Assembly (NCBI GenBank): GCA_043745805.1
Contig: JAYTSD010000008.1
Coordinates: 1-64,000, forward strand
Direction of reading: 5' to 3'
DNA from: Fibrobacteria bacterium
Lineage (GTDB): Bacteria; Fibrobacterota; Fibrobacteria; UBA11236
Length of the DNA: 64,000 nt
The translations under genes were made by a program, and so were the position numbers. Each line of letters starts with the position of its first letter. The stretch's first letter is position 1. Positions 52,136-62,208 of this stretch are shown in pieces. A model generated the notes under the pieces. The model searched no databases, was not told where the DNA came from, and saw only the letters and a list, made by a program, of their open reading frames with translations.

Positions 52136-52840
52136 ATGTCCGAAGAATATTGGTTTACTGAAACAGATTCCACCATGGAAGCCGCTAAACAAAAATTAAA
52201 CGAACAAGATTTTATTTTAATAGTTGCTGAAACGCAAACTCAAGGTCGAGGAAGTCGACAAAGAGTTTGGCAAAGCCCTGCTGGAAATATTCATCTCACT
52301 ATCGCATTAAACAAGAAGTTTTTTTCGCCCGAACGTCTAGCCTTATTTCCATTAGAAATGGGGATAATTCTCCACAAAACTATTGCTCTTCAAATTGACA
52401 AAAAACATCTTCCCCTTTTATCTCTCAAATGGCCTAATGATTTATTAATGGATGGAAAAAAAATATCCGGCTTATTGATGGAAATGACCGGCCAACATTT
52501 ACTAATTGGTATTGGTATTAATGTAGCCGCAGCCCCACCGTTAAACGATGGCGGTTCACTCAGCGCATGTTTGCAAGACTATGGCATGAACCCTGGCTTT
52601 AAAACGCAATTAATCCGAAACCTTTTTGCAGCGACCAAAGCGAATTGTATAAACCCCATGCTTCCCGAAGAAGCCCTCACCCAATGGCAAAGCAAAGTTA
52701 ATTGGGATTTACCGCTACGACTGCGCGAGCGGCCCGATCAGTCTATTGTAAAAGGTTTAGGGATTAATACCCAAGGGCATCTACGCATTCGACATCACAA
52801 TGGGCAAGAGGAATGGCTTATCTCCGAATATTTAGCGTAA
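52136..52840 (+). CDS. birA: Biotin-protein ligase (no HTH domain)
   Basis: QTQGRGSRQRVW, KWPNDL, KKISGLL, GIGINV. Confidence 0.93.
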   Translation: MSEEYWFTETDSTMEAAKQKLNEQDFILIVAETQTQGRGSRQRVWQSPAGNIHLTIALNKKFFSPERLALFPLEMGIILHKTIALQIDKKHLPLLSLKWPNDLLMDGKKISGLLMEMTGQHLLIGIGINVAAAPPLNDGGSLSACLQDYGMNPGFKTQLIRNLFAATKANCINPMLPEEALTQWQSKVNWDLPLRLRERPDQSIVKGLGINTQGHLRIRHHNGQEEWLISEYLA

Positions 52841-52860
52841 CCTTTTTGTTACGATATCCA

Positions 52861-53961
52861 TTACATAATAATTAATTCGGCATTTAAAGCGCCTGCCTTT
52901 TTAATAGCTTGGAATATGGCAATAATATCCCTTGGACTAATTCCTAAAGCATTTAAGGATTTCGCTAAATCATTGACATTACTATTAGCCGGAATCACGC
53001 GCATTTCATTTTTCGCTTCTTCCACTTTCATGTCTTCACCTTCTGACTTTGTTGTTTGCTGCGCAGCTTGTCCTTGAGAAATGATGCCTTGAGTTTGGCT
53101 TTGTTGATTTTGTTTTATTTCGACCGTAATACTTCCCTGTGACACGGCCACTTCCGAAAGGGTCACATTACCCCCTGCCACCACGGTTCCCGTTCGTTCA
53201 TTCAAAATGACTTTTGCCACCGTAGAAGTTTGAAAATCAACATTTTCCACTTCCGCCATAAATTCAGAGGTTTTGTTTTTAAAATTATCAGGTATAGTAA
53301 CATGCACGGTACCTGGATCTAACGCTTGGGCCACTTCTTTTTGGTATTTAGCATTTAAAGCTTTTGCCAAAGCCACAGCTGAACTAAAATCGGGATTATG
53401 CAAAGCAATATCCAAACTACCTTGCGGAAGGGCATTCAACGGACTAGCTTTTTGTACAATGGCTCCGCCCGGAATATCGCCGACCAGAGTATAATTTTTT
53501 TTAAAAGAGGAATGTCCACTTTCTCGCAAAAAACCACCGACACTTAAACTCCCCTGAGCTAAAGCATAAATCTCTCCATCCGCAGCTTGCAAAGGAGATA
53601 ATAATAAAACACCACCTTCTAAACTTCGTGCATCACCAATACTCGATACCGAAACATCGAGAGCCGCACCTTTTTTACTATAGGGCATTAAGTTACCGGT
53701 AACCATAACGGCGGCTACATTGCGCAACTGAATTTTATCTTGCGGAACTTCAATTCCCATATTACGCAACATATTAATAATACTTTGCGTAGTGAATTGC
53801 GTACGGTTTCCATCTCCTGTGCCTTTTAAGCCCACTACCAAACCATAACCAATTAATTGCGTTTCGGTCACGCCCTCTAGTTTGGCCACATCTTTTATAC
53901 GTGTAGCAAATAAAGTTTGGCTAAAACAAAAAAAACTGATCAATAAAATTTTGCGGCGCAT
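52861..53961 (-). CDS. flgI: Flagellar P-ring protein
   Basis: RIKD, QLIGYGLVVGL.GTGD, NERTGTVV, KAGALNAEL. Confidence 0.97.
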   Translation of the reverse strand: MRRKILLISFFCFSQTLFATRIKDVAKLEGVTETQLIGYGLVVGLKGTGDGNRTQFTTQSIINMLRNMGIEVPQDKIQLRNVAAVMVTGNLMPYSKKGAALDVSVSSIGDARSLEGGVLLLSPLQAADGEIYALAQGSLSVGGFLRESGHSSFKKNYTLVGDIPGGAIVQKASPLNALPQGSLDIALHNPDFSSAVALAKALNAKYQKEVAQALDPGTVHVTIPDNFKNKTSEFMAEVENVDFQTSTVAKVILNERTGTVVAGGNVTLSEVAVSQGSITVEIKQNQQSQTQGIISQGQAAQQTTKSEGEDMKVEEAKNEMRVIPANSNVNDLAKSLNALGISPRDIIAIFQAIKKAGALNAELIIM

Positions 53962-53969
53962 TTTTACTC

Positions 53970-54563
53970 CTAAAAAACCCAGTTAAATAATCGTGCAAAC
54001 CAACCTGGTCGCGCGGCGTTATGAATATCTCCTTCGCCCGTATATTGAATACGCGCATCGGCAATTTTGGAAGACATGATGGTATTGCTGGATGAAATAT
54101 CTTCGGGACGTACAATGCCCGAAACTCTTAAAATTTCTTTTTCATTTTCGATTTCTACCTCTTTATTGCCTTCAATCAATAAATTTCCATTCTCGTATAC
54201 CGCCACAATACGCGCCGACACCGTGGCCCGCACTTCCCCTTGGCGAGCTGTTTTACCTGATCCATCATAAGCTTGTTTTGTACTACTTCCCAATCCCATG
54301 CCGGGCATAAAATCTAATTTACCCGTTCCAGTCTTCATGTCAATACCCACATCTTGCCTTTTATCCGTTTGTGTTTTACTGTCATTTGTGGCATGCGCAC
54401 TTTCTATTACTAATACAGTAATCACATCTTCTACCTTTTTGGCTTTCTTATCAGTATATAAAGAAAAGTTTTTAGGCAAGGATTGGGAAAAATTTAGGCT
54501 TAGGGGAAAAAGCACAATTCCCAAAATCATAGAATATTGACCTTGTTTAAAAATAGTTTGCAT
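53970..54563 (-). CDS. flgH: Flagellar L-ring protein
   Basis: LYTDKKA, NGNLLIEG, GIVRPEDI, IADARIQY. Confidence 0.93.
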   Translation of the reverse strand: MQTIFKQGQYSMILGIVLFPLSLNFSQSLPKNFSLYTDKKAKKVEDVITVLVIESAHATNDSKTQTDKRQDVGIDMKTGTGKLDFMPGMGLGSSTKQAYDGSGKTARQGEVRATVSARIVAVYENGNLLIEGNKEVEIENEKEILRVSGIVRPEDISSSNTIMSSKIADARIQYTGEGDIHNAARPGWFARLFNWVF

Positions 54564-54593
54564 AAATACTCCTATAAGAGGGTTTTCCTGTTT

Positions 54594-55607
54594 TTAAATT
54601 CCTTGCTTTAATTCAAAGCTTTGTAACGGTTCTAAGAGCCCTTGAGCCAACACTTTCCCTCTAACTAATTTTTGTGTGGCTAAATTTTTTGCGCTAATAA
54701 TTTGTCCGGAAATGCCATCCTGCCGACTAATGCCATCGGTGGTGATTTTAACATTACCCTTAGTGTAAAGTAATTTTACTTCTTGTCCGCGTTTGATTAA
54801 AGGCTGCATAACCAGCATTCGAGGAAGCAAAATACGTCCCTGTGCAATACTTTGTTTGGCTAAAGTTTTTTCATTAATAGGAAATTCCATTAAAGGCGTT
54901 TCTATTAAGGGCGTGGTTTCGCGAATTTCCCAATTAAAGTCGGCAAGTGAAATTAGGGTACCTTGATTGATTTTATTTTTGGCTACATAAACATTTTCGA
55001 ATACGCGAATATTTATTTTCAGTGGAATTTTTCGCAGAATTTTATCCGCTTGCGAAACCAGCAAAAACAATTCAGTATTGCCTTTGTTTTTTTGATTAGC
55101 ATAACTTATTTGTAATTGAGCTTCTTCCAAAGGGATATACAGTGAATCGGGGGTTTTTACAATTTCATATTGGCGGCTTTCGCCTGGCTGTTTATTAAGA
55201 TTGGCAAAAAAACTATCCAATAATTGGATCAGAGAATCTTTAGCTAAAATTTTTGCTTCTGTATTTACTTTTATGATTATAGGATTATAGGCAATTTGAT
55301 ATTTATTGGTCAGAGGCAAAAGGTATTCGGCATATATTCTATCGGCATCCAACGAACGAGTCAAACCAAAATGCGCCGCAACAGCCACATTTTTATTGCG
55401 TAACAATTCAATTAATGTTCCTTCGCCACGGATTTCTGCAATATCACGAAACAGAATTTGCGAGGTTTTAACCGACACCTTTTCAAAGAAACGAATGTTG
55501 AGCGGAGGTAAACTCGCGGAATTTTTAACGGATAAGGCACTGTCATTTTGCAGCATTGCAAAACAAGGTAAACTCAATAATAAAAATAGTCCTCCTGCTA
55601 ATTTCAC
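54594..55607 (-). CDS. flgA: Flagellar P-ring chaperone FlgA
   Basis: SAF domain; LIKRGQEV, G.SRQDG..GQII.AKN; position between flgG and flgH. Confidence 0.88.
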   Translation of the reverse strand: MKLAGGLFLLLSLPCFAMLQNDSALSVKNSASLPPLNIRFFEKVSVKTSQILFRDIAEIRGEGTLIELLRNKNVAVAAHFGLTRSLDADRIYAEYLLPLTNKYQIAYNPIIIKVNTEAKILAKDSLIQLLDSFFANLNKQPGESRQYEIVKTPDSLYIPLEEAQLQISYANQKNKGNTELFLLVSQADKILRKIPLKINIRVFENVYVAKNKINQGTLISLADFNWEIRETTPLIETPLMEFPINEKTLAKQSIAQGRILLPRMLVMQPLIKRGQEVKLLYTKGNVKITTDGISRQDGISGQIISAKNLATQKLVRGKVLAQGLLEPLQSFELKQGI

Positions 55608-55608
55608 A

Positions 55609-56397
55609 TTATCCTTTTAATTGATTGGCAATTTGTAACATTTCTTCTGCGGTTTTAATGGCCTTGGATGACACTTCGTAAGCACGTTGCGCCACAATCA
55701 TATTCACCATTTCTTCCACCATTTCCACATTCGACGCTTCTAAATAACCCTGCATAATCGCGCCAGTACCATTTTCACCCGGTACTTCAATTTCCGGTTG
55801 TCCACTGGCCGCAGTGGCTTGATATAAATTGTTACCTAAACTTTTTAAGCCACCCTCATTTACAAATTTGGCCAATTCAATTTGACCCACATCTTCAAAA
55901 GTACCACTATTATTCATTATCACGGCGACTTTACCATTGCCATCAATAGTCAACTGCTGCGCGCCATCAGGTATAGTAATATTCGGTTCAATTAAATACC
56001 CATTAGAAGTTACCAAGGTTCCATCCGAAGATATTTTTAAAGATCCATCACGACTATATGCCGTTTCTCCATTGGGCATTTGGACTTGGATAAATCCCGA
56101 TCCTTGAATGGCAATATCTAAATTATTGGTGGTTTGTTGCAAACTGCCTTGCCCAAATATTTTTTGATTCGATACGCTACGTGTTCCCAAGCCCACCTGC
56201 AAACCAGCAGGTGCCTTTGCACCATCGGCATTACCCGATCCAGGCTCCACCATGGTTTGATAAAGTAAATCTTGAAACTCAAGTTTTGATTTTTTAAATC
56301 CCGTAGTATTCACGTTAGATAAATTGTTAGCAATATTATCAATATATAACTGATTTGCTTTCATGCCGGTTGCGGCGGTGTATAAACTACGTATCAT
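55609..56397 (-). CDS. flgG: Flagellar distal rod protein
   Basis: MIRSLYTAATGM, ANNLSNVNTTGFK, LEASNV, AQRAYE. Confidence 0.97.
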   Translation of the reverse strand: MIRSLYTAATGMKANQLYIDNIANNLSNVNTTGFKKSKLEFQDLLYQTMVEPGSGNADGAKAPAGLQVGLGTRSVSNQKIFGQGSLQQTTNNLDIAIQGSGFIQVQMPNGETAYSRDGSLKISSDGTLVTSNGYLIEPNITIPDGAQQLTIDGNGKVAVIMNNSGTFEDVGQIELAKFVNEGGLKSLGNNLYQATAASGQPEIEVPGENGTGAIMQGYLEASNVEMVEEMVNMIVAQRAYEVSSKAIKTAEEMLQIANQLKG

Positions 56398-56417
56398 TTT
56401 TGTTACTCCTTAAAAAA

Positions 56418-57152
56418 TTAAATGCGGCCCACATCGTTTACGGCCTTAGTTAAAGTTTCATCAATGGCATGAATCACTCGCTGATTCGCTTCATAATTTT
56501 TCGATTGTGAAATCATTTTTACCATAGTAGACACCACATCCACATTCGATCCTTCTAAAAACCCTTGCTTAATTTCGGAATGTGTTGCGGGATCGGGAAT
56601 ATTTTCTTTTGCTTGCATATTACGAAAAATTCCATCCCCACTGGCTAACAGTTTTTTGGGATTAGGAAATTCGGATAAAGCGAGTTTCGCTATTTTAATA
56701 CCATCGACAAATACTCCACCATCTGATTGGAATTGGGCATTTTGTCCTTCAATGTGAATAGGATTATCATTATCATCGAGTACTTTTTTTCCAGTGAGGG
56801 TAACCAAATCGCCTTCGGCATTTAAGGATAGGCTTCCATTGCGTGAATAACCGATTCCTTCAGGAGTTTCTACATGAAAAAATCCGGATCCAGTGATCGC
56901 CAAATCCAAATGATTTCCAGTTTGTACTAATGGTCCTTGCGTAAAATGCGTATACACTTCATCTAAATTTTGTTTTTCCGCTTGATGTAATTTCTGTTCA
57001 TCATTTTTATCGATAGTCACTACGCTGCGTGTTGCAAGTTCAGTAATTTTAAATCCCGTGGTATTGGCATTTGCCAAATTTTGCGCGTTCACATCTTGCT
57101 TATTCATAATATTCATCATGCTACGCGATGCGGTATATAAACCATTGACCAT
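56418..57152 (-). CDS. flgF: Flagellar rod protein FlgF
   Basis: MVNGLYTA, NLANANTTGFK, LEGSNVD; immediately upstream of flgG. Confidence 0.88.
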   Translation of the reverse strand: MVNGLYTASRSMMNIMNKQDVNAQNLANANTTGFKITELATRSVVTIDKNDEQKLHQAEKQNLDEVYTHFTQGPLVQTGNHLDLAITGSGFFHVETPEGIGYSRNGSLSLNAEGDLVTLTGKKVLDDNDNPIHIEGQNAQFQSDGGVFVDGIKIAKLALSEFPNPKKLLASGDGIFRNMQAKENIPDPATHSEIKQGFLEGSNVDVVSTMVKMISQSKNYEANQRVIHAIDETLTKAVNDVGRI

Positions 57153-57198
57153 GGACTCTCCAAAGTTTACTTCAATCTGAAGCCAGTAGAAGAAAGAG

Positions 57199-57215
57199 AG
57201 CAAGATTAAGGCCAA
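57199..57215 (-). promoter_or_regulatory. sigma54 (-24/-12) promoter of the flgFGAHI operon
   Basis: Minus strand TTGGC-CTTAATC-TTGCT, exact GG-N10-GC spacing, 47 nt before ATG 57152. Confidence 0.65.
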
Positions 57216-57443
57216 CATTTTCGAAAAAATTTTTTGCTAGATAATTTTGAGTTGTTTTAAAGTTTGTTTAAGCAGGAGCCGAATAAGATTAAAAACGCGG
57301 CACTCTTAAGACCCGTTAAGGATCCAATAGAGATCCAAAATCAAAGTGAAAATTAATTTGAAGTTAAAGTTTAACTTTAAGTTTTACAACTATTGGAAAA
57401 ATCTTCCGAACCTAAAATCTATTGGGCAATTAATGCCATACTA

Positions 57444-58250
57444 TTATTGGGCATTCGTTTGATTTTGTAATTGCAAAAAATACTCAATGGCCTCAGCGCC
57501 CTTTACACCTAAGTCCTCGGTAAAATGGTTAACATACAAAGCAATATGCTGTTCCATAACCTTGCGTGTAAGGGTTTGCGAATACTGTGCACATAAATCT
57601 ACCGCAAGATCATGATGCGCATAGGCCCATTGCAAGCTTTCGCGAATATTTTCCACAATTTTTGCCGCCAACCCAGGAACGGATAATTCCAGTGATTTTT
57701 TTAAGATCGCAGCGCCCAAAGGAATTGGGTAACCTGTATGAGACTCCCAATATGCACCTAAATCCTGCACTAAATCTAAATCATCGTCGACATAACTAAA
57801 ACGCTTTTCATGAATCACCACGCCTTGGCTTTCGACTTCATTTTTTAGTCTCTCATATAATTCATCAAAGGGCAAAAATATTTTTTTAATCTGCGGGTAT
57901 TTTGCCTTGGCAAAATAATCAAATAAAAAATTAGCCGTGGTAAATTCTCCTGGAATATACACCGGTTTACTGGGATTCCATGCGGCTTGATGCGTCAATA
58001 ATAAAGGGCCACAATTATTTCCCAAGGCTCCTCCACAAGGCAAAAGCGAGTAGGACTGCGCACAGAATTTATAATTCGCATAACTTATTTTTACAACATC
58101 TAAAACTTCATTTTGTGCCCGTTGATTCAACGTTTCAATGTCTTCAAAAACAAATTCCCACTGTAACGAAGGATTGATTTTGTTTAAAATTAAACCACTA
58201 TAAATAAAAATATCATTGGGGCAAGGCGAAATGCCGATTTTAATTTTCAT
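57444..58250 (-). CDS. mqnD: 1,4-dihydroxy-6-naphthoate synthase
   Basis: SPCPND, GGALG..CGPLL, IHEKRF, DLG..WE, PIPLG, HIALYVN. Confidence 0.92.
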   Translation of the reverse strand: MKIKIGISPCPNDIFIYSGLILNKINPSLQWEFVFEDIETLNQRAQNEVLDVVKISYANYKFCAQSYSLLPCGGALGNNCGPLLLTHQAAWNPSKPVYIPGEFTTANFLFDYFAKAKYPQIKKIFLPFDELYERLKNEVESQGVVIHEKRFSYVDDDLDLVQDLGAYWESHTGYPIPLGAAILKKSLELSVPGLAAKIVENIRESLQWAYAHHDLAVDLCAQYSQTLTRKVMEQHIALYVNHFTEDLGVKGAEAIEYFLQLQNQTNAQ

Positions 58251-58920
58251 CGATATTTCTAAAGCAAGGGGTATCTTGTAAATACGCTTGTAATTTTTGC
58301 AAAGCAATTCGAATATTTTCTCGCCGCATATCTCGCGAGGAAGCGTAATTACTAATCGCACGAATTTCACAAACGGGAATGCCAAATTTTTGGCCTACCA
58401 AACAAATCGCCGCGCCTTCCATCGTTTCAAAATCAACTTGAAATAATTTCCGGCGTTTTGCACCTGTTTCTGGCGTGCCGGCACAGGTATTCACGGTGCA
58501 ACCTTTTCCCAGTTTGGGTTGGGCAAGTTTAGTGGGTAAAAGTTGAGAATCAAACTGTAAGGCAAAAGGTTTGGCTTGATCGGGAGGACAAAATGGACTG
58601 CGGCCGATGGGCGTAAACCCTTGTGCCTCTTCAAAACCAATATCGCCAAAGACTTCGGATTCGGCAATAACAATATCACCTAAAGCGGCAGTTCCCCCTA
58701 CATAGGCTCCGGCAATACCAATATTTAATATTAAAGCAGGACGAACTTTTTCTAATACCGCGACCATATTTAAAACCGCAAGCGGTATACCAATCCCTGT
58801 TAACGCTAAAGTTACTCCGCCTTGACCGGTAAATTCCTTGCCTGATGGAAAATCTTTGGGAATCGCTTCCCAAGCATTTAATTCCAGAGCCGTGGCCGCA
58901 CAAACTAGCAATCGCGACAT
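58240..58920 (-). CDS. mqnB: Futalosine hydrolase
   Basis: PNP/MTAN fold: NIGIAG, ETMEGAA, EIRAISN; overlaps mqnD. Confidence 0.88.
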   Translation of the reverse strand: MSRLLVCAATALELNAWEAIPKDFPSGKEFTGQGGVTLALTGIGIPLAVLNMVAVLEKVRPALILNIGIAGAYVGGTAALGDIVIAESEVFGDIGFEEAQGFTPIGRSPFCPPDQAKPFALQFDSQLLPTKLAQPKLGKGCTVNTCAGTPETGAKRRKLFQVDFETMEGAAICLVGQKFGIPVCEIRAISNYASSRDMRRENIRIALQKLQAYLQDTPCFRNIDEN

Positions 58921-58921
58921 A

Positions 58922-59866
58922 TTATCCCGCCTGGTTCCCTATAACTATTTCTTTATGCACGGTTTTTGATAAAATATGTTCAAAATCAATGCTGGAAAAA
59001 TCACCGGGCAAAAGCGATTGGCAACTGGCTACACCCATAGCCAAAGCTTGCTTGGAAGCGTCACACAAACTTTCGCCACATAGCAAAAAATGCAGTAACC
59101 CAGCAGTTACCGTATCACCTGCACCAATGGGATTTTGTAAAGGCATAGCCGCTGGCAAAATAAATTGCCAACGAGGACCACCCTCTTCCCACAAAATTGC
59201 CGGTTTAGGGCCTTCCGTAACAAGAACTGGAGGGCCGACTTTATCCCAACCCTGCTCCATATTTTTATTTAATTCATCCCATTCCATCCGATTTATTTTC
59301 AAGCAAGTCATTTCCTGCAAAAAATCATTTTCTAATTCTCTATAACCATCGAGCAAAATGACCTTTGCATTTACACTTTCTAGGATATCCATAAACACCC
59401 ATGGCGGACAACCCTCAGGGACACTGCCACAGAAAACTAATCCGGTAAACGATTGACTCTTTGCATCGCTCCCACCTGTCTCATTACGGTTAGGTAACAA
59501 GGTTGTTAACAAGGCACTCCAATCATCTTCCGGCACAGTAAAAGGCTCAATCAGCTCGGTGGCTTGCCCTCTAGAGTCTAATAAGGTGACACAAGTTCTG
59601 GTTTCTCGGGCTACTTTTACATGTAAACTTTTTATGCCTTCTGCGGCACATGCCTTTAAGCATAATTCACCCGCATTCCCGCCTAAAATCTGCAATAAGG
59701 AAACGTCATGCCCTAATCGTTTCAAGACTTTAGCGGTATTAAAACCTTTGCCGGAGGCAAATTCTTGGGTTTCGACCGCGCGATTCACTTCGGCCATTTT
59801 TAAATGATTAAAGCGATAAATTTTTTGCCAAGCGGGATTTAAACCCACAACCAGTATTACTGCCAT
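58922..59866 (-). CDS. PfkB family carbohydrate kinase (1-phosphofructokinase-like)
   Basis: LNPAWQ, SGKGFN, NPIGAGD. Confidence 0.88.
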   Translation of the reverse strand: MAVILVVGLNPAWQKIYRFNHLKMAEVNRAVETQEFASGKGFNTAKVLKRLGHDVSLLQILGGNAGELCLKACAAEGIKSLHVKVARETRTCVTLLDSRGQATELIEPFTVPEDDWSALLTTLLPNRNETGGSDAKSQSFTGLVFCGSVPEGCPPWVFMDILESVNAKVILLDGYRELENDFLQEMTCLKINRMEWDELNKNMEQGWDKVGPPVLVTEGPKPAILWEEGGPRWQFILPAAMPLQNPIGAGDTVTAGLLHFLLCGESLCDASKQALAMGVASCQSLLPGDFSSIDFEHILSKTVHKEIVIGNQAG

Positions 59867-59935
59867 GTCTTAAAATCTAGAACTATTTAAGACTTATCTC
59901 AGCGCTTAAATTTCACGGATTAATCACATACTTTA

Positions 59936-62152
59936 TTAAGCATGACGCATTTGTGAGTAAAAACTGACTTGATTACGACCCGCTTCCTTACTGTGATACA
60001 TCGCTTGATCGGCATGGTCAATTAATTCCTGTTTTAACATTCCATCGGTTGGAAAAGTCGCGCTACCTACGCTTACGGTAACACTTAAGATTTTACCTTC
60101 ATTAGGAATTTGTAAGGTTTCCACTGCTTTGCGCACACGCTCCGCTAATATTTGCGCTTGCCGTTCATCCGTTTGCACTAATACAACCACAAACTCTTCC
60201 CCACCATAACGCGCGCAATAATCGGTATTGCGTATTGATCCTTCTAAAGCCTTTGCCACCCGCTGCAAAACTAAATCACCCACCGGATGGCCATAGGTAT
60301 CATTGAATTTTTTGAAATGATCAATATCCATCAAAAGCAAAGTAAGGCTACCCGTATAACGTGAAGCACGCTCTAATTCGGTACTTAAAATATCTTGGAA
60401 ACGTCGATGATTTGCGATTTGCGTCAAGCCATCAATGGTAGCCAAGCGTTCCATTTCCACAAAATTGCGGGCATTGCTTAAAGCCGTCGTTACATTGGCC
60501 ATAATCGTTTTAAGCAAACGTAATTCACCCATCGCATAAATACCCGCTTGATTTGACTCTATACCCACCACCGCAAAAACTGACTGCTGACTATCGAGCA
60601 CCGGCGCTAATAAAATATTTTGTGGACGTAACTCGGAGGGTTCCTCACAGTCGAAACGTACAAAACGTGTTTCCTCTTTAAAAGCTTGAGTCACTACGGC
60701 GCGTCGATTTTTAAATACGCTACCATATAAACTTTTGGGATTGTAAATATCAAATTCTTGTCCCATTTGTAAATGACCCGCATCTCCAATTATTTTCCAA
60801 ATAGTGCCTTTGGTCGTTGCGAAATTGTAAGTACAAATCACAATGCGATCATTCTCAAAGCTTTGCATTAAACTTTGTAGTAGCACGTCTATCACTTCAT
60901 CCGGCTTTACTACTTCCGAAAGTTTTTTGGCAATTTCATATTGATTGTCCGCTACACGTGCTTCGCGGTCCGATTTATATTTTAATTTCACATTGGTAAT
61001 CATCGCGCAAGCAATTTGTGTAAAGCGATACATCAACTCTTTATGCTCATCGGTGAACGCTCTTATATTCTCCGAATCCACTAATAATAGACCTTGCAGC
61101 TTTTTACTTTCGGTATCCATAATTCGCATAATCATGATGGAATTAATATTTTCCGCACCTTTATAATATTCTAAGCTACCCGTATAGGATTTTAAATTAC
61201 CGGTAATAAAACCAGCCGACTTAGTCACTGCCCCGCCAATAATTCCCTTACCCACTTCGATCACGCAATCATAATTCAGGTTTGGGCTTTTACTAACTGC
61301 CGAATTAATCACCATTTTATCGCCCAACTCACTCACTAAAAAACCTGCGGAGGTATAAGCGCGGAAGTTTCGGCTCATAAAATAAACCACCGAATTCAAA
61401 ACATCTTTCATGTCTTCCAAAGCCTGATTGCCTTGTCTTTCCAAGTACATGCGACTAAACAATGCGGAGGCCGAAGGATCAGTTAAATCATCGCGATCAT
61501 GATAAGATGCCGCCAAGGCAATCACTTGCGAATCCGAGGCTTTTCTTTCGGCTAAAGTCATTTCCGTATTGGAAACGGATTCCATTTTCAATTTATTTAA
61601 ATTATTGCCTGCCGCATTTGTTGTCCCTTTAGGACGTTTAATTTTCATTAACAATAATTGTAAAATCGACATATTGAAAAGTGGGTAAGCAATGGGCAAT
61701 ACAAATTCAACAATATTTTTTTCCGCACTAAACGGCGCACCTGGAAGAATACCCAATAAATGATTCGCAATATAAACTAAGGTTGCGAACCAAGCGACAA
61801 TCAATATGTAAATATTATTATTTGCGGGGGCAGCTATACCAATAATCACCGCAGGAATAAAAAGTAAGACTTGATTCCACTGATGCTGAATGCCCCCTAA
61901 AAAGAAAAGTCCCAGCCATGCTAAGGTGAATAGCCATAAAGCTTGGGAAAATTGGGGAAGTAAAATTGGACCCGTGGCTTTGTTTGCAATACCTAAAAAA
62001 AGTATCCCCATTAATAAAATAATTAGGGTTAGGTAAATTTTATAATGGCTTAAGCCCAATGCGGGAATATAGTTGCTTCCCAAAACGCAGAGCAAAAAGG
62101 CTACAAAAATTTGCAAAAAAGATATTGATCGATTTAAATTCATGGAAGCCAC
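59936..62152 (-). CDS. Membrane diguanylate cyclase TM-GAF-GAF-GGDEF
   Basis: DIDHFKKFNDTYGH; RNTD I-site; GGEEF. Confidence 0.93.
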   Translation of the reverse strand: MASMNLNRSISFLQIFVAFLLCVLGSNYIPALGLSHYKIYLTLIILLMGILFLGIANKATGPILLPQFSQALWLFTLAWLGLFFLGGIQHQWNQVLLFIPAVIIGIAAPANNNIYILIVAWFATLVYIANHLLGILPGAPFSAEKNIVEFVLPIAYPLFNMSILQLLLMKIKRPKGTTNAAGNNLNKLKMESVSNTEMTLAERKASDSQVIALAASYHDRDDLTDPSASALFSRMYLERQGNQALEDMKDVLNSVVYFMSRNFRAYTSAGFLVSELGDKMVINSAVSKSPNLNYDCVIEVGKGIIGGAVTKSAGFITGNLKSYTGSLEYYKGAENINSIMIMRIMDTESKKLQGLLLVDSENIRAFTDEHKELMYRFTQIACAMITNVKLKYKSDREARVADNQYEIAKKLSEVVKPDEVIDVLLQSLMQSFENDRIVICTYNFATTKGTIWKIIGDAGHLQMGQEFDIYNPKSLYGSVFKNRRAVVTQAFKEETRFVRFDCEEPSELRPQNILLAPVLDSQQSVFAVVGIESNQAGIYAMGELRLLKTIMANVTTALSNARNFVEMERLATIDGLTQIANHRRFQDILSTELERASRYTGSLTLLLMDIDHFKKFNDTYGHPVGDLVLQRVAKALEGSIRNTDYCARYGGEEFVVVLVQTDERQAQILAERVRKAVETLQIPNEGKILSVTVSVGSATFPTDGMLKQELIDHADQAMYHSKEAGRNQVSFYSQMRHA

Positions 62153-62208
62153 CTTAGTTAAGGTGAGTTTTCCCCTTCTGATTATTAACTTTTACTATTG
62201 TATTATTC

